From Candidatus Iainarchaeum sp. (GTDB lineage: Archaea > Iainarchaeota > Iainarchaeia > Iainarchaeales > GCA-2688035): a stretch of 64,000 nt of DNA. Location of the stretch: positions 26,805-90,804 of the forward strand of contig JAFCCL010000001.1 of assembly GCA_017610205.1 (NCBI GenBank). The letters are read 5' to 3'. The notes under the pieces were generated by a model, which saw only the letters and a program-made list of their open reading frames with translations, was not told where the DNA came from and did no database searches. Position numbers and translations under genes: made by a program. This document shows positions 1-8,514 of this stretch, one piece after another (position 1 is the stretch's first letter; every line of letters begins with the position of its first letter).

Positions 1-1321
1 AGTCGCATTTTAGTGTTGCAAGGTTTACATCGTTTATGATGTTTGTTCCTGTTCCTTGTGTTTGGCTTGATGAGTAGTTTATGTCTATTGTCATGTCAAA
101 TGTGTTTGTGTCTGTGTCTGATACTGAAACATTAATATCTATTGTTGAAACACTGTCCCTGTTGAATGTTTGCCCGTTTAGCGGGTGCAGGACGTTTGCG
201 TCTGGGCTTTGGGTTCCGGCTGCTGCTTTGAATGTTGCTATCACCGCATAGCATTCGTCACTGCCATCATGTGAACAGGTTGATTCTACAGTTCCTATTG
301 AAGTTAATGTTTTGGAGGATATGTTTATGAATGGGGCTCCACTATCTTCTGGAACAGGCTGTTCGTCTATGGTTGTACTATTTGTCCAAGACCTGCTTGA
401 ACCCACTGAATTTCCTGAATCTGCCATCATCATGGCTACTGCCAGCTCATCTGCTTGTGCTGTGGTTCCGGTTGTTCCTGTGCTTATGGAGTTGGTTGCA
501 GAACTCAGGTAGCTTTCATTTTCAGCAGAAACATCCAAGACATCACTTGCAGCCATTCCTGAGTATTCTCCAACCCAGGCAGTTGCGTCTCTGTCAGTGG
601 CCCAAGTCCATTGAATAGCTGTTTCTCCTCCTGCAGCAATCTTGTAAGCCATTGCACCGGAAGAAACACCGCCTTCTCCTTTTTGAATTAAAGTAAAGTC
701 TGTTGGTTGTGTAATTGTTCCTGATGATTTGTCTACTGAAATTCCTGTAACTATCAAATTCCCTTCTGTTGCTGCTGAGTCCAGAGTTGTTGTGAGTGAT
801 GTAGCTTCTGTACTATATGATCCTGTGCGTGCTATTTTATCCTGTTCTAATGTTATTGTTGCGTTGTAAGCATGTTTCACGTCCTCACCGAAAGTGAATT
901 CAAGAGCGTGCTTTCCACTTGTTAGAACACTGCTGACTTCACTGCTTTCTTCATTGCATTCAAAATCTCTTATAATAATTGTGTCATCAATCCATTCAAA
1001 TGGTCTGGAATTTGAGCCGCATTTCACTTCAAGGAATTGAAGGTCTTTGCTCCAGTTTGTGCCGTCAACTGCCTTGATTTCCAAGTCTGCCTTTCCCTTT
1101 GTTGTAAAAAAAACATTCCAGTTGCCACCAACGCTTGGATGGCTTTTAACATTAATTATTGTAATTTCCGGTTCAATTAAAGAAGGTTTATTAAAAGTTA
1201 TTTCTGCTTGCAACTCCTTTTCTGTTAAAGTTGCATTTTCTTCCAATGGCAGTGCAGTCAATGCAATTAGTGCAAGAATGGCTATTGCTGAAACTATTGT
1301 TATTTGTCCATTTTTTTTCAA
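1..1321 (-). CDS. Secreted/surface protein, 3'-truncated by the window edge
   Basis: Not in the ORF track because it has no stop in the window. Manual translation from TTG at 1321: MKKNGQITIVSAIAILALIALTALP... (basic-G|Q-hydrophobic leader), continuing open to the edge with Ser/Thr/Asp-rich DINVSVSDTDTNTFDMTIDINYS. Confidence 0.75.
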   Translation of the reverse strand, partial: MKKNGQITIVSAIAILALIALTALPLEENATLTEKELQAEITFNKPSLIEPEITIINVKSHPSVGGNWNVFFTTKGKADLEIKAVDGTNWSKDLQFLEVKCGSNSRPFEWIDDTIIIRDFECNEESSEVSSVLTSGKHALEFTFGEDVKHAYNATITLEQDKIARTGSYSTEATSLTTTLDSAATEGNLIVTGISVDKSSGTITQPTDFTLIQKGEGGVSSGAMAYKIAAGGETAIQWTWATDRDATAWVGEYSGMAASDVLDVSAENESYLSSATNSISTGTTGTTAQADELAVAMMMADSGNSVGSSRSWTNSTTIDEQPVPEDSGAPFINISSKTLTSIGTVESTCSHDGSDECYAVIATFKAAAGTQSPDANVLHPLNGQTFNRDSVSTIDINVSVSDTDTNTFDMTIDINYSSSQTQGTGTNIINDVNLATLKCD

Positions 1322-1522
1322 TTGAACCCCCTCAAAGTTTAGGAATTGTATTGTATAAACAAAGTGGCATTTACTAAAAAAGCTTTTGGTTGGTAACCAA
1401 TCTGGTTTTTGTGAGAGTTGTTTTATGCAAATTTTGGAATTTTTTTTTGCTTTAATTTAAACACTTTTTTTTTAAAGAAAAAGGTTTAAAAGTCTTGAAG
1501 TTGTATTGTTTTTGGTTTTTGC

Positions 1523-2611
1523 ATGTTTTCTAGGGCTCAGGCTGGTTTGGAGTATTTGGTGACCTATGGTTGGGCGCTTGTAATAATTGCAACTGTTGTT
1601 GGAGTGCTTGTTTTTATTTTGACGCCTTCTGTTTCCAATGTAACTTTTTCTTCTTCTGACCCTTCCAAGATTTTGCTGAAGGGCGGAAATATTGCTGAAG
1701 GGGAAGCCGAGGTTTTGCTTCAGAACATTACCGGCGGCGGCATTACTGTTGTATTGGTTGCTTTGAGCGGAAGTTTTGGGTTTAGCCCTGTTTTCCTGAA
1801 TGATGTTTTGGTTACTGAGATAAATCTTGGACATGAAACAGTTGCTGTTCCGGCTGGCGGGGAGTTGTATTTTACCGGAATAAGATATAGTGGCAGTGGA
1901 GCAGGGGCAATTGATATGGATTATGTTGATTTTGCTGGTTTGTCAAGGCAGGTTAGTGTAACAGGCGGTGAGCCTGCAAGTTCTTCTGAAGAAGAGGGTG
2001 TTGCTGCTCTTGGCTCCGAGTCCAATCCAGGCGTTTCATGCAAAGACATTTTGTCCAAGCGGCCTGGAGTTGAAAGTGGCTTTTACTGGATTGACCCAAC
2101 TGGAAGTGACGGGTTTCAGGTTTATTGTGACATGGTTTCTGGTGGCGGTGGCTGGACCAGAATAGATTTTGCAAGCGATTTGCCTCATCAATGGCAGTTT
2201 CCTGACGAGGGTGGTGTAGATGCCTGGAGGTGGCTTCCAAATGATTTTGAAACAGTACTGTCAAAGGAAAGGATTGAGGCAATTCAAGGCGTTTCAACCG
2301 ATGGAAAGCAAAGGTATGTGGGCAGCTGTGTTGGGGTGTTGCACTGGTATTATACATCCGGTTCAAGTTATGACTATGGCTTTGGCTTCAGGTTTTTGAA
2401 TGGTGACGAGACTTCTCACGGAACCGAGGCTCTTGGCATTAACTTTTCTCTTGTTGAAGATGGGTGCAAAAACAACGGTACAGGGCCTCAGACTGTTTGG
2501 GATTTTGAGGATGTAAGAGTTCCGATTGTGAATGTTTACTCTCGTGATAATGGTGCTTCAAGTGAATGGTTTGGCTCGCCTTTGACTTCAAATCCTGCCT
2601 GGCTTAGGTAA
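1523..2611 (+). CDS. Class III signal peptide (archaeal pilin-like) protein with C-terminal fibrinogen-like YCDxxxxGGGW domain
   Basis: N-terminus SRA|QAGLEYLVTYGWAL (Glu at +5); C-terminal SCKDI...GFYWIDP...VYCDMVSGGGGWTRI. Confidence 0.8.
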   Translation: MFSRAQAGLEYLVTYGWALVIIATVVGVLVFILTPSVSNVTFSSSDPSKILLKGGNIAEGEAEVLLQNITGGGITVVLVALSGSFGFSPVFLNDVLVTEINLGHETVAVPAGGELYFTGIRYSGSGAGAIDMDYVDFAGLSRQVSVTGGEPASSSEEEGVAALGSESNPGVSCKDILSKRPGVESGFYWIDPTGSDGFQVYCDMVSGGGGWTRIDFASDLPHQWQFPDEGGVDAWRWLPNDFETVLSKERIEAIQGVSTDGKQRYVGSCVGVLHWYYTSGSSYDYGFGFRFLNGDETSHGTEALGINFSLVEDGCKNNGTGPQTVWDFEDVRVPIVNVYSRDNGASSEWFGSPLTSNPAWLR

Positions 2612-2658
2612 CAGCAAAGGCTCTTTTTTTTTGTTTTGGCAGAAAAATGGTATTTTTT

Positions 2659-2758
2659 TCACATGGTTTTCAGAACTGCCGGGAGAAGCCCCCACATTTT
2701 TGGCTTGAAGAGTATTTTTTTCATAAAAAGGGAGGGTTTGTCCATGTCGCCGTATTCT
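2659..2758 (-). repeat. Displaced copy of the last 100 bp of the geranylgeranyl reductase gene (direct repeat of 4303-4402)
   Basis: Manual alignment gives 95/100 identity; both copies encode EYGDMDKPSLFMKKILFKPKMWGLLPAVLKTM*. Confidence 0.95.
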
Positions 2759-2814
2759 TCAATAAAAGTGTTTTATGGTTGTTTTGTTTGCTTTTGCAAA
2801 AATGCTTTCAAAAA

Positions 2815-4182
2815 TCAATCTTTTAGGGTTTCAGTAATGTCTTTTAAGTCAAAACAGTGGACTTTTTTGCCTTCCCATTTTTTTATTTTCTTTTTAAATG
2901 ATTTTGCAAAGATTGCATACTCCTCTTTTCTTTTTTCGTTTTTCCAGTTGACGCTGTTTGTTTTTTCCCCTAACTGTATTAGGATTTTTTTGCAGTCTGC
3001 TTTGTTTTTCCATTTGCACTCTGCAAAAATAATTTGTTTCGATTTTTCATTTATGGCAACAATGTCTATTTCTTTTTCTTTATGCCACCATCTGCCGGTT
3101 TTTGTAAAAGGCTGTTTGAAGAACCGGCGAAAGTTCTTTCTTACAAAGGTTTCAAATTTTTTTCCGAGAAATTCGTTTAGTTCCCCTGCATTGATTTTGT
3201 ATAAGCCGGTTTCTATGCTTTCCCTGTTTTTGTAGACAAAGTTAAACCAGAAATCAAAAAAGGTGTCTTCTATTGAATAGATTCCCTTTCTCTTGCTTCC
3301 TAAAAGCGAGGTTTCCCTTTTTACAAACCCGTAGCTTATAAGGAGGTCCAGATATGGGTATATTTCTCTTGCATTCAGGCCAACGAAGTTTGCTATTTTT
3401 GTAGGTCTTGTGTTGCCGTAAGCGATTGCATTAAGGATTGAAAGGTATGTCTTTATTTCTTTGAATTCCTGTGAAAGCAAAAAGTATGGTTCTCTGTAAA
3501 AGTAACCGTCTTTTTTCAAAAACTCGCTGTTGACAAACTCGCGGTGGCTTTTATATTTTGAGGCAGCAATCAAATATTCCGGAATTCCGCCGATGGTTAA
3601 AGCTGTTTTTGTTGCATCTTCAGCACTCATGTCCAAGAATTGGTGTATGTGCTGTGAACCAATGGCTTTTAACAAAATGTCCCTTGTTCTTCTTCCATAG
3701 AGGGGTGAGGCTGCAGACAAAACCTTTTCGCTCATTAATCCAAACAGAGACCCGCTTACAATGAAGAAAATGTTTGACTTTCGCAGAAATGAGTCTATAA
3801 ACTTTTGTAGGGCGCTTGCTGCACTTGAATCGTTTTTTATCACATAAGAAAATTCATCTATCCATATGTATATCCTTTTTTCTTTTCCAAGGACTTTAGC
3901 CAAGTAAGCAAACAGGTTTGTCCACTCCAAAATTTCCTGCTCTGCCAAAAATTCGTCTTTCAGGTAGCTTGCAATTATTGTTTTGAATTCATTAATCTGT
4001 ATTCTTTTGTTTGTGTCTTCTGCAGTATATTTTATTCCTTGTTTATTTTTTAGAAATTCTCCTATCAGCCTGGTTTTTCCAATTCTTCTCCTGCCGTAGA
4101 CGACAAGAAAAGCATTTTTTTTTGTATCCCAATCCTGTTTCAAAACTTCCTGTTCTTCCCGCCTGTCTATAAACCTAAGCAT
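2815..4182 (-). CDS. Archaeal AAA-type ATPase with winged helix and C-terminal DUF234 (restriction-endonuclease-like) domain
   Basis: FIDREEE start, Walker A YGRRRIGKT, Walker B WIDEF, SPLYGRRT, C-terminal EIDIVA...FAECKW. Confidence 0.9.
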   Translation of the reverse strand: MLRFIDRREEQEVLKQDWDTKKNAFLVVYGRRRIGKTRLIGEFLKNKQGIKYTAEDTNKRIQINEFKTIIASYLKDEFLAEQEILEWTNLFAYLAKVLGKEKRIYIWIDEFSYVIKNDSSAASALQKFIDSFLRKSNIFFIVSGSLFGLMSEKVLSAASPLYGRRTRDILLKAIGSQHIHQFLDMSAEDATKTALTIGGIPEYLIAASKYKSHREFVNSEFLKKDGYFYREPYFLLSQEFKEIKTYLSILNAIAYGNTRPTKIANFVGLNAREIYPYLDLLISYGFVKRETSLLGSKRKGIYSIEDTFFDFWFNFVYKNRESIETGLYKINAGELNEFLGKKFETFVRKNFRRFFKQPFTKTGRWWHKEKEIDIVAINEKSKQIIFAECKWKNKADCKKILIQLGEKTNSVNWKNEKRKEEYAIFAKSFKKKIKKWEGKKVHCFDLKDITETLKD

Positions 4183-4183
4183 A

Positions 4184-4206
4184 ATTAGTACTAATATATA
4201 TTAGTA
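4184..4206. promoter_or_regulatory. Overlapping palindromes (candidate operator) directly upstream of the ATPase start
   Basis: Perfect palindromes ATTAGTACTAAT (4184-4195) and TACTAATATATATTAGTA (4189-4206), next to a TTTAAA box. Confidence 0.5.
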
Positions 4207-4302
4207 TTTAAAAAGGTTTTGGTTTCTGTTTAAATTGTTTTCGTAACTATAACTTGTTTTTAGGTCTGTTGCAAGCAGTCTCTATTTTTTTGCCTGAAGG
4301 CT

Positions 4303-5439
4303 TTACATGGTTTTCAGAACTGCCGGCAGCAATCCCCACATTTTTGGCTTGAAGAGTATTTTTTTCATAAAAAGGGAGGGTTTGTCCATGTCGCCGTATT
4401 CTGTTAAAAATTCTTCAATTCCTGCATCCTTTGCTTTTGCTATAAGTGAATCAAATTGCTTTGGATTGAGGCCGTTGATGTAAGAGTAAAGCTTCCAGTG
4501 CATTGAAAGCTCTTTGTTTATTGCCTGTAAATTCCTGCTGTAATCTGCCAGTGGCTTTTTGTGCTTTAAATGGTTTGCAATTGTTTCAGCACAGGCATTT
4601 GCGGCCTTTAATCCAAAGACAAGTCCTCCGCCTGTACTTGCCTTTGTCTGCCCTGCAGCATCTCCAACAAGCAGTGTATTTCCTAAAACAAGCTGTTTTG
4701 AGGGTGGTGCAATTGGAATTAATGCACTGCTTTTGCTTAAAATTCGTGCATTTGGCTTCTTTTTTTCTAAAAATTCTTTCATTGAATTTCCTGCATTTTC
4801 TCCTGGGCTTACTCCCAGTCCAATTCTTGCAACAGTGCTTGATTCTGGGACAACCCATGCAAAAAAACCTGGTGCAAATTCTCCAAAATGCAGTTCAACA
4901 AATTCTTTGTCAAATCTTCCGGCAGCCCTTACCTGAAATGCCTGTACAAAGTTCTTTTCAAAAAGCTTTGGAAAAATTGCATGCCTTACAATGCTGTGCG
5001 CTCCGTCTGCCCCTACAGTAATCTGTGATTTAATAAATTCGCCTCTTCCCTTTGTCTGCATAAAAAGGCTGTTGTTTCTTACATCAATCAGCTTGCTTTC
5101 GGTTCTTATGTCACATCCAAGCCTTTTTGCTTTTTTGTAAAACATTTGGTCAAAGAGATAGCGGTCAATTACATATGCAACTGTTTTATTTTTCTTAATT
5201 TCAAGGCTTTTGCCACCAGGGGAAAAAATTCTGGCGCCCTTAACCTCATTTACAATACTGTTTCCTAATTCAACTCCAAGGCCTTCAATTCCTGTTTTTG
5301 AAACAAGCCCTGCACACTGCACTGGCCTGCCAATAGTGGAGTGCTCTTCAAAAACACTTGTTTCAAACCCTTCCTCTGCAAGCAATGCAGCGCAATGCAA
5401 TCCAATTGGTCCGCCTCCAATAATGTTAATTACTCCCAC
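4303..5439 (-). CDS. Geranylgeranyl reductase family FAD oxidoreductase (digeranylgeranylglycerophospholipid reductase-like)
   Basis: IIGGGPIG, GRPVQCAG, DRYLFDQ, GADG, FAWVVP, LVGDAAGQ...TGGG. Start placed at GTG 5439 rather than the track's 5511. Confidence 0.85.
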   Translation of the reverse strand: MGVINIIGGGPIGLHCAALLAEEGFETSVFEEHSTIGRPVQCAGLVSKTGIEGLGVELGNSIVNEVKGARIFSPGGKSLEIKKNKTVAYVIDRYLFDQMFYKKAKRLGCDIRTESKLIDVRNNSLFMQTKGRGEFIKSQITVGADGAHSIVRHAIFPKLFEKNFVQAFQVRAAGRFDKEFVELHFGEFAPGFFAWVVPESSTVARIGLGVSPGENAGNSMKEFLEKKKPNARILSKSSALIPIAPPSKQLVLGNTLLVGDAAGQTKASTGGGLVFGLKAANACAETIANHLKHKKPLADYSRNLQAINKELSMHWKLYSYINGLNPKQFDSLIAKAKDAGIEEFLTEYGDMDKPSLFMKKILFKPKMWGLLPAVLKTM

Positions 5440-5528
5440 AAAAAAACCCTTGTAGAATAATTGGTATTTTATCTTTAATAGGGTTTGCTTTTTGTTGCTT
5501 GAAATTGGCAAAAGAAAAAAAAGGCCTT

Positions 5529-5550
5529 GGGTTACGTTATAATGTAACCC
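5529..5550. promoter_or_regulatory. Near-perfect 22-bp palindrome next to a TATA-like box
   Basis: GGGTTACGTTATAATGTAACCC (one mismatched pair) followed by TATTTAAATA at 5551-5560, in the divergent GGR/aroA intergenic region. Confidence 0.45.
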
Positions 5551-5722
5551 TATTTAAATATCATTGTGGTTTGTGCTGTAAGTTATAATGTATTCAAATC
5601 TGGTTTATTTGGTTTGAAGAAAAGAGTTTTTTTTTTAAGTCAACCTTTTGGTTGAATTGAATTAAACCAAAGGAATATTAATTTTTTTAGGGTATTGTTT
5701 TACTTATGTTGTTGGTGGATAA

Positions 5723-7000
5723 ATGAATTTATTGTGCAAAAAATCTGTTTTGAAGGGCAAAATAAAGATTCCTGGCTCCAAAAGCCATTCAATCAGGGCT
5801 GTTGTAATTGCATCTCTTGCAAGCGGAACCTCAAAGCTTATTGACCCGCTTGAATCAGGAGATTCAAAGGCAAGCGTTATTGGCTGCACTGCATTTGGTG
5901 CCAAAATAGTGCAGGGAAATGACTGGCTTGTAACAGGCTTTGGTGGAATTCCAAAAAGCAATGCCAACGAAATTGACCTTCTTAACAGTGGCACAAGCAC
6001 AAACATGGTTGCAGGCATTGCCGCACTTGCAAATGGCACTGTAACACTAACAGGGGATGAAAGCCTTAGAAGCAGGCCTTTTGCCCCAATGGTTAAAGCA
6101 ATAAATGATTTGGGCGGAAAAGCAGAAAGCTTTCATGAAACCGGAAGCCTTCCCTTAAAAATTTCAGGCGTCATAAAAGGCGGTTTTACTGAAGTAAATG
6201 GAATTGACAGCCAGCCTGTTTCAAGCCTGCTTGTTAACTGTGCTCTTGCAGAAAATGATACTGAAATAAAGGTTGTTGATTTTCATGAAAAACCATATGT
6301 TGGCATGACAATGAAATGGCTTGATGAACAAGGAATCAAATACAAAACAAACAGTGATTGGAGCAAAATTGAAGTAAAAGGAGGCCAAGAATACAGGCCT
6401 TTTGAGAAAGCAATTCCTGCAGACTTTTCAAGTGCAACTTTTCCCCTTTGTGCTGCAGCAATCTGTGAAGGAAGTGAAATTCTTTTGCAGGGGCTTGACA
6501 TAAATGACACACAGGGTGACAAAAAGGTTGTTGACCTGCTTAAAAAAATGGGTGTGGAAATAAAGGTTTCCAGTGAAGGCATTTCTGTTTTTGGGTCAAA
6601 ATTGCATGGAATTGAACTTAATCTTGACAACACTCCTGACGCATTGCCTGCTTTGGCTGTTGTTGCCTGTTTTGCTGAGGGAGAGACAAGGATTGTAAAC
6701 GTTGCCAATGCAAGGATTAAGGAAACCGATAGGATTAGTGCAATGTGCTCTGAGCTGAAGAAAATGGGTGCAAACATTGAAGAACTGCCTGATGGGCTTG
6801 TGATAAAGCAAAGCAAGCTGAAGGGCGCAAAAGTTCACGGATACAATGACCACAGGCTTGTTATGGCTCTTGCCATTGCAGGGCTTGCAGCAGAAGGAAT
6901 TACAACCGTTGACACAGCTGAATCAACTTCCGTAACCTTTCCGGGTTTTGTTGAAAAAATGCAGGGAATTAACGGATTGTTAAAACAGGTGTTGGAATGA
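5723..7000 (+). CDS. aroA: 3-phosphoshikimate 1-carboxyvinyltransferase (EPSP synthase)
   Basis: PGSKSHSIRA, NSGTS, SLRSRP, DFSSA, RIKETDR, DHRLVMA. Confidence 0.97.
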   Translation: MNLLCKKSVLKGKIKIPGSKSHSIRAVVIASLASGTSKLIDPLESGDSKASVIGCTAFGAKIVQGNDWLVTGFGGIPKSNANEIDLLNSGTSTNMVAGIAALANGTVTLTGDESLRSRPFAPMVKAINDLGGKAESFHETGSLPLKISGVIKGGFTEVNGIDSQPVSSLLVNCALAENDTEIKVVDFHEKPYVGMTMKWLDEQGIKYKTNSDWSKIEVKGGQEYRPFEKAIPADFSSATFPLCAAAICEGSEILLQGLDINDTQGDKKVVDLLKKMGVEIKVSSEGISVFGSKLHGIELNLDNTPDALPALAVVACFAEGETRIVNVANARIKETDRISAMCSELKKMGANIEELPDGLVIKQSKLKGAKVHGYNDHRLVMALAIAGLAAEGITTVDTAESTSVTFPGFVEKMQGINGLLKQVLE

Positions 7001-7593
7001 ACATTGTCCTGTTTGGGTTCAAAAACTGCGGAAAAACAACTGTTGGAAAGGCACTTGCCAAAAAGCTTGGCTGGAGATTTGTTGACACCGACATTGTGAT
7101 TGAAAAAATTTACATGGAAAAAAACAATAAAAAAATTCAAAGTAATGAAAAAATTCAAAGCAATGAAAAAATTCAAACAGGTGAAAAAATTCAAAGTAAT
7201 GAAAAAACTTCATTCAGGGAAATTGCAAAAAGGCACGGAATGGATTTTTTCAGGGTTCTTGAAAAAGAAGCGGTTGAACGCGTTTCATCCCTTGACCAAA
7301 ACGTGATTTCTCTTGGAGGCGGCGTACCGCTTTTTTTTGAAAACACAAATGCCCTGAAAAAGAACGGCAAACTTGTTTTGCTAAGGCTTAACAAAGAAAC
7401 ACTGTTTAAACGAATTATTAACAAAGAAATTCCGGCTTTTTTTGACCAAAAAGACCCAAATGGCTCGTTTGAAAAACTGTTCAAGGAAAGAATGCAAAAA
7501 TTTGGCGAAATAGCAGACTTTGAAGTTGACTGCGAAGGCAAGCCTGTAAAAAAAGTTGCCGGCGAAATAATCCAACTGGTTGGAATGGCTTAG
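6997..7593 (+). CDS. aroK: Shikimate kinase with internal tandem-repeat insertion
   Basis: GFKNCGKTTVG P-loop, FVDTD, FR..E, SLGGG; 4-nt overlap with aroA. Confidence 0.93.
   Translation: MNIVLFGFKNCGKTTVGKALAKKLGWRFVDTDIVIEKIYMEKNNKKIQSNEKIQSNEKIQTGEKIQSNEKTSFREIAKRHGMDFFRVLEKEAVERVSSLDQNVISLGGGVPLFFENTNALKKNGKLVLLRLNKETLFKRIINKEIPAFFDQKDPNGSFEKLFKERMQKFGEIADFEVDCEGKPVKKVAGEIIQLVGMA
7132..7203 (+). repeat. In-frame 4 x 18-bp tandem repeat (KIQSNE)
   Basis: AAAATTCAAAGTAATGAA / AAAATTCAAAGCAATGAA / AAAATTCAAACAGGTGAA / AAAATTCAAAGTAATGAA. Confidence 0.95.
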
Positions 7594-7597
7594 TGAA

Positions 7598-8170
7598 CTA
7601 CCACCCAACAAGTTGAGTGGCTTCCTGTTTCATTGACAAGGCTTGCTTTGGGCTTATGCCGTCAGTAGTGGCTTTATCTCTTTCAGGCGTTAATTTGGGC
7701 TGTTCCAGCCCTATCTTACCGATTGTAAGTATATTTCGTGCAGCGTTTGTGTCCCTGTCTATTTTTAGACCGCAGTTTTGGCATTTGTGTGTTCTTATTG
7801 CCAGTGTTTTTTTGACAATCTTTTCAGGGTTTACTATTTGTGGGAGTGTGATACTGCTATATCCACCGTATTTTTTGAACCTTGGGAAGCCCTTCTTTTC
7901 TTCTCCTCGTTTTACTCTTGCGAAGAAGTTTCCGTAGGCTTTGTTTATTCTGTCGGCAACATTTTGGCTGACTTGGGAATAGGCTTCTTTATTTTTTCCT
8001 TTTGTTTTTTTGATTAGGTCAAAGCGTGACAGTTTTGTTTTGGTTTGTTTGTAAGCGTCTTTTTTTAGTGATAATAGTTTGTTATAGAGTTGTCTGCATT
8101 GTTCTATTTGTTGGTCTATGGCTGTCGCTTGCTCTTTTGTAGGATATGCCCTGTATTTGTAGGCTTTCAT
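7598..8170 (-). pseudogene. tnpB: TnpB with large internal deletion (no RuvC-I/II)
   Basis: MKAYKYRAYPTKEQ HTH and GFPRFKK join directly to RTHKCQNCG..DRDTNAARNI; about 190 aa, versus about 400 for typical TnpB. Confidence 0.85.
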
Positions 8171-8287
8171 TTTTTTCCTTACCCTCAACATATTTTTTTG
8201 GTTACTGTGGGATCCTACTTTTTTCCTTTTTTAAAGGTAAGGAAACAGAGTGGGTTTCCGGTGATTTTTCCACTAGAAGAATTTCCA

Positions 8288-8459
8288 ATGAAAAAAAGGT
8301 TTGTTCACATCCTTGTTCAAACAACACCCCTAACTCAAAAAAGATTACTGGGGCAGGCATATATGGTCATCCAGTTATTATGTTGGAACTGCTGGAAAAG
8401 TATCAGTAGAAACAATCAGAAAATACATTAACGGTGTTCGCAATTTATCCCCCCGTTAA
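8288..8459 (+). pseudogene. tnpA: Y1/HUH transposase TnpA remnant
   Basis: VHILVQTTP (HUH remnant), then in another frame YWGRHIWSSSYYVGTAGKVSVETIRKYI (catalytic Tyr region). Confidence 0.8.
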
Positions 8460-8514
8460 AACGGGTAGTTTTCTTGCGAAATAGTTATAAATTTAATTTA
8501 ACATATTTATTTAT

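Larger units (their letters stand above)
7593..8486 (-). mobile_element. Decayed IS200/IS605-family element (divergent tnpA remnant plus internally deleted tnpB)
   Basis: Right end on the minus strand: GAAG-hairpin(7601-7620)-TAGTTCAC. Left end: TTTAT|AACTATTTCGCAAG-AAAA-hairpin(8449-8468). Guide/cleavage pairs GAAG/TCAC and AAAA/TTAT fit the IS608 pairing rule. Confidence 0.85.

Noticed and set aside
1420-1522. Poly-T tracts as phase-variation sites
   Set aside because: Homopolymer T/A runs occur in most intergenic regions here and fit ordinary archaeal terminators and base composition.
2636-3235. 199-aa plus-strand ORF and the many other overlapping ORFs in the track (e.g. 6283-6816, 41074-41790, 49100-49684)
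   Set aside because: They are antisense or alternate-frame shadows of genes with clear motifs, and have no motifs of their own.
2659-4402. 100-bp repeat pair as a diversity-generating retroelement TR/VR
   Set aside because: Mismatches are not adenine-specific on either strand, all are synonymous, and no reverse transcriptase is present in the window.
7132-7203. 18-bp repeats as a CRISPR array
   Set aside because: Repeats are contiguous with no spacers and lie in frame inside aroK.
7598-8191. ORF as a compact Cas12f/Cas14 nuclease
   Set aside because: It lacks RuvC-I/II, has IS605-type ends and a tnpA relic, and has no CRISPR array or cas genes nearby.
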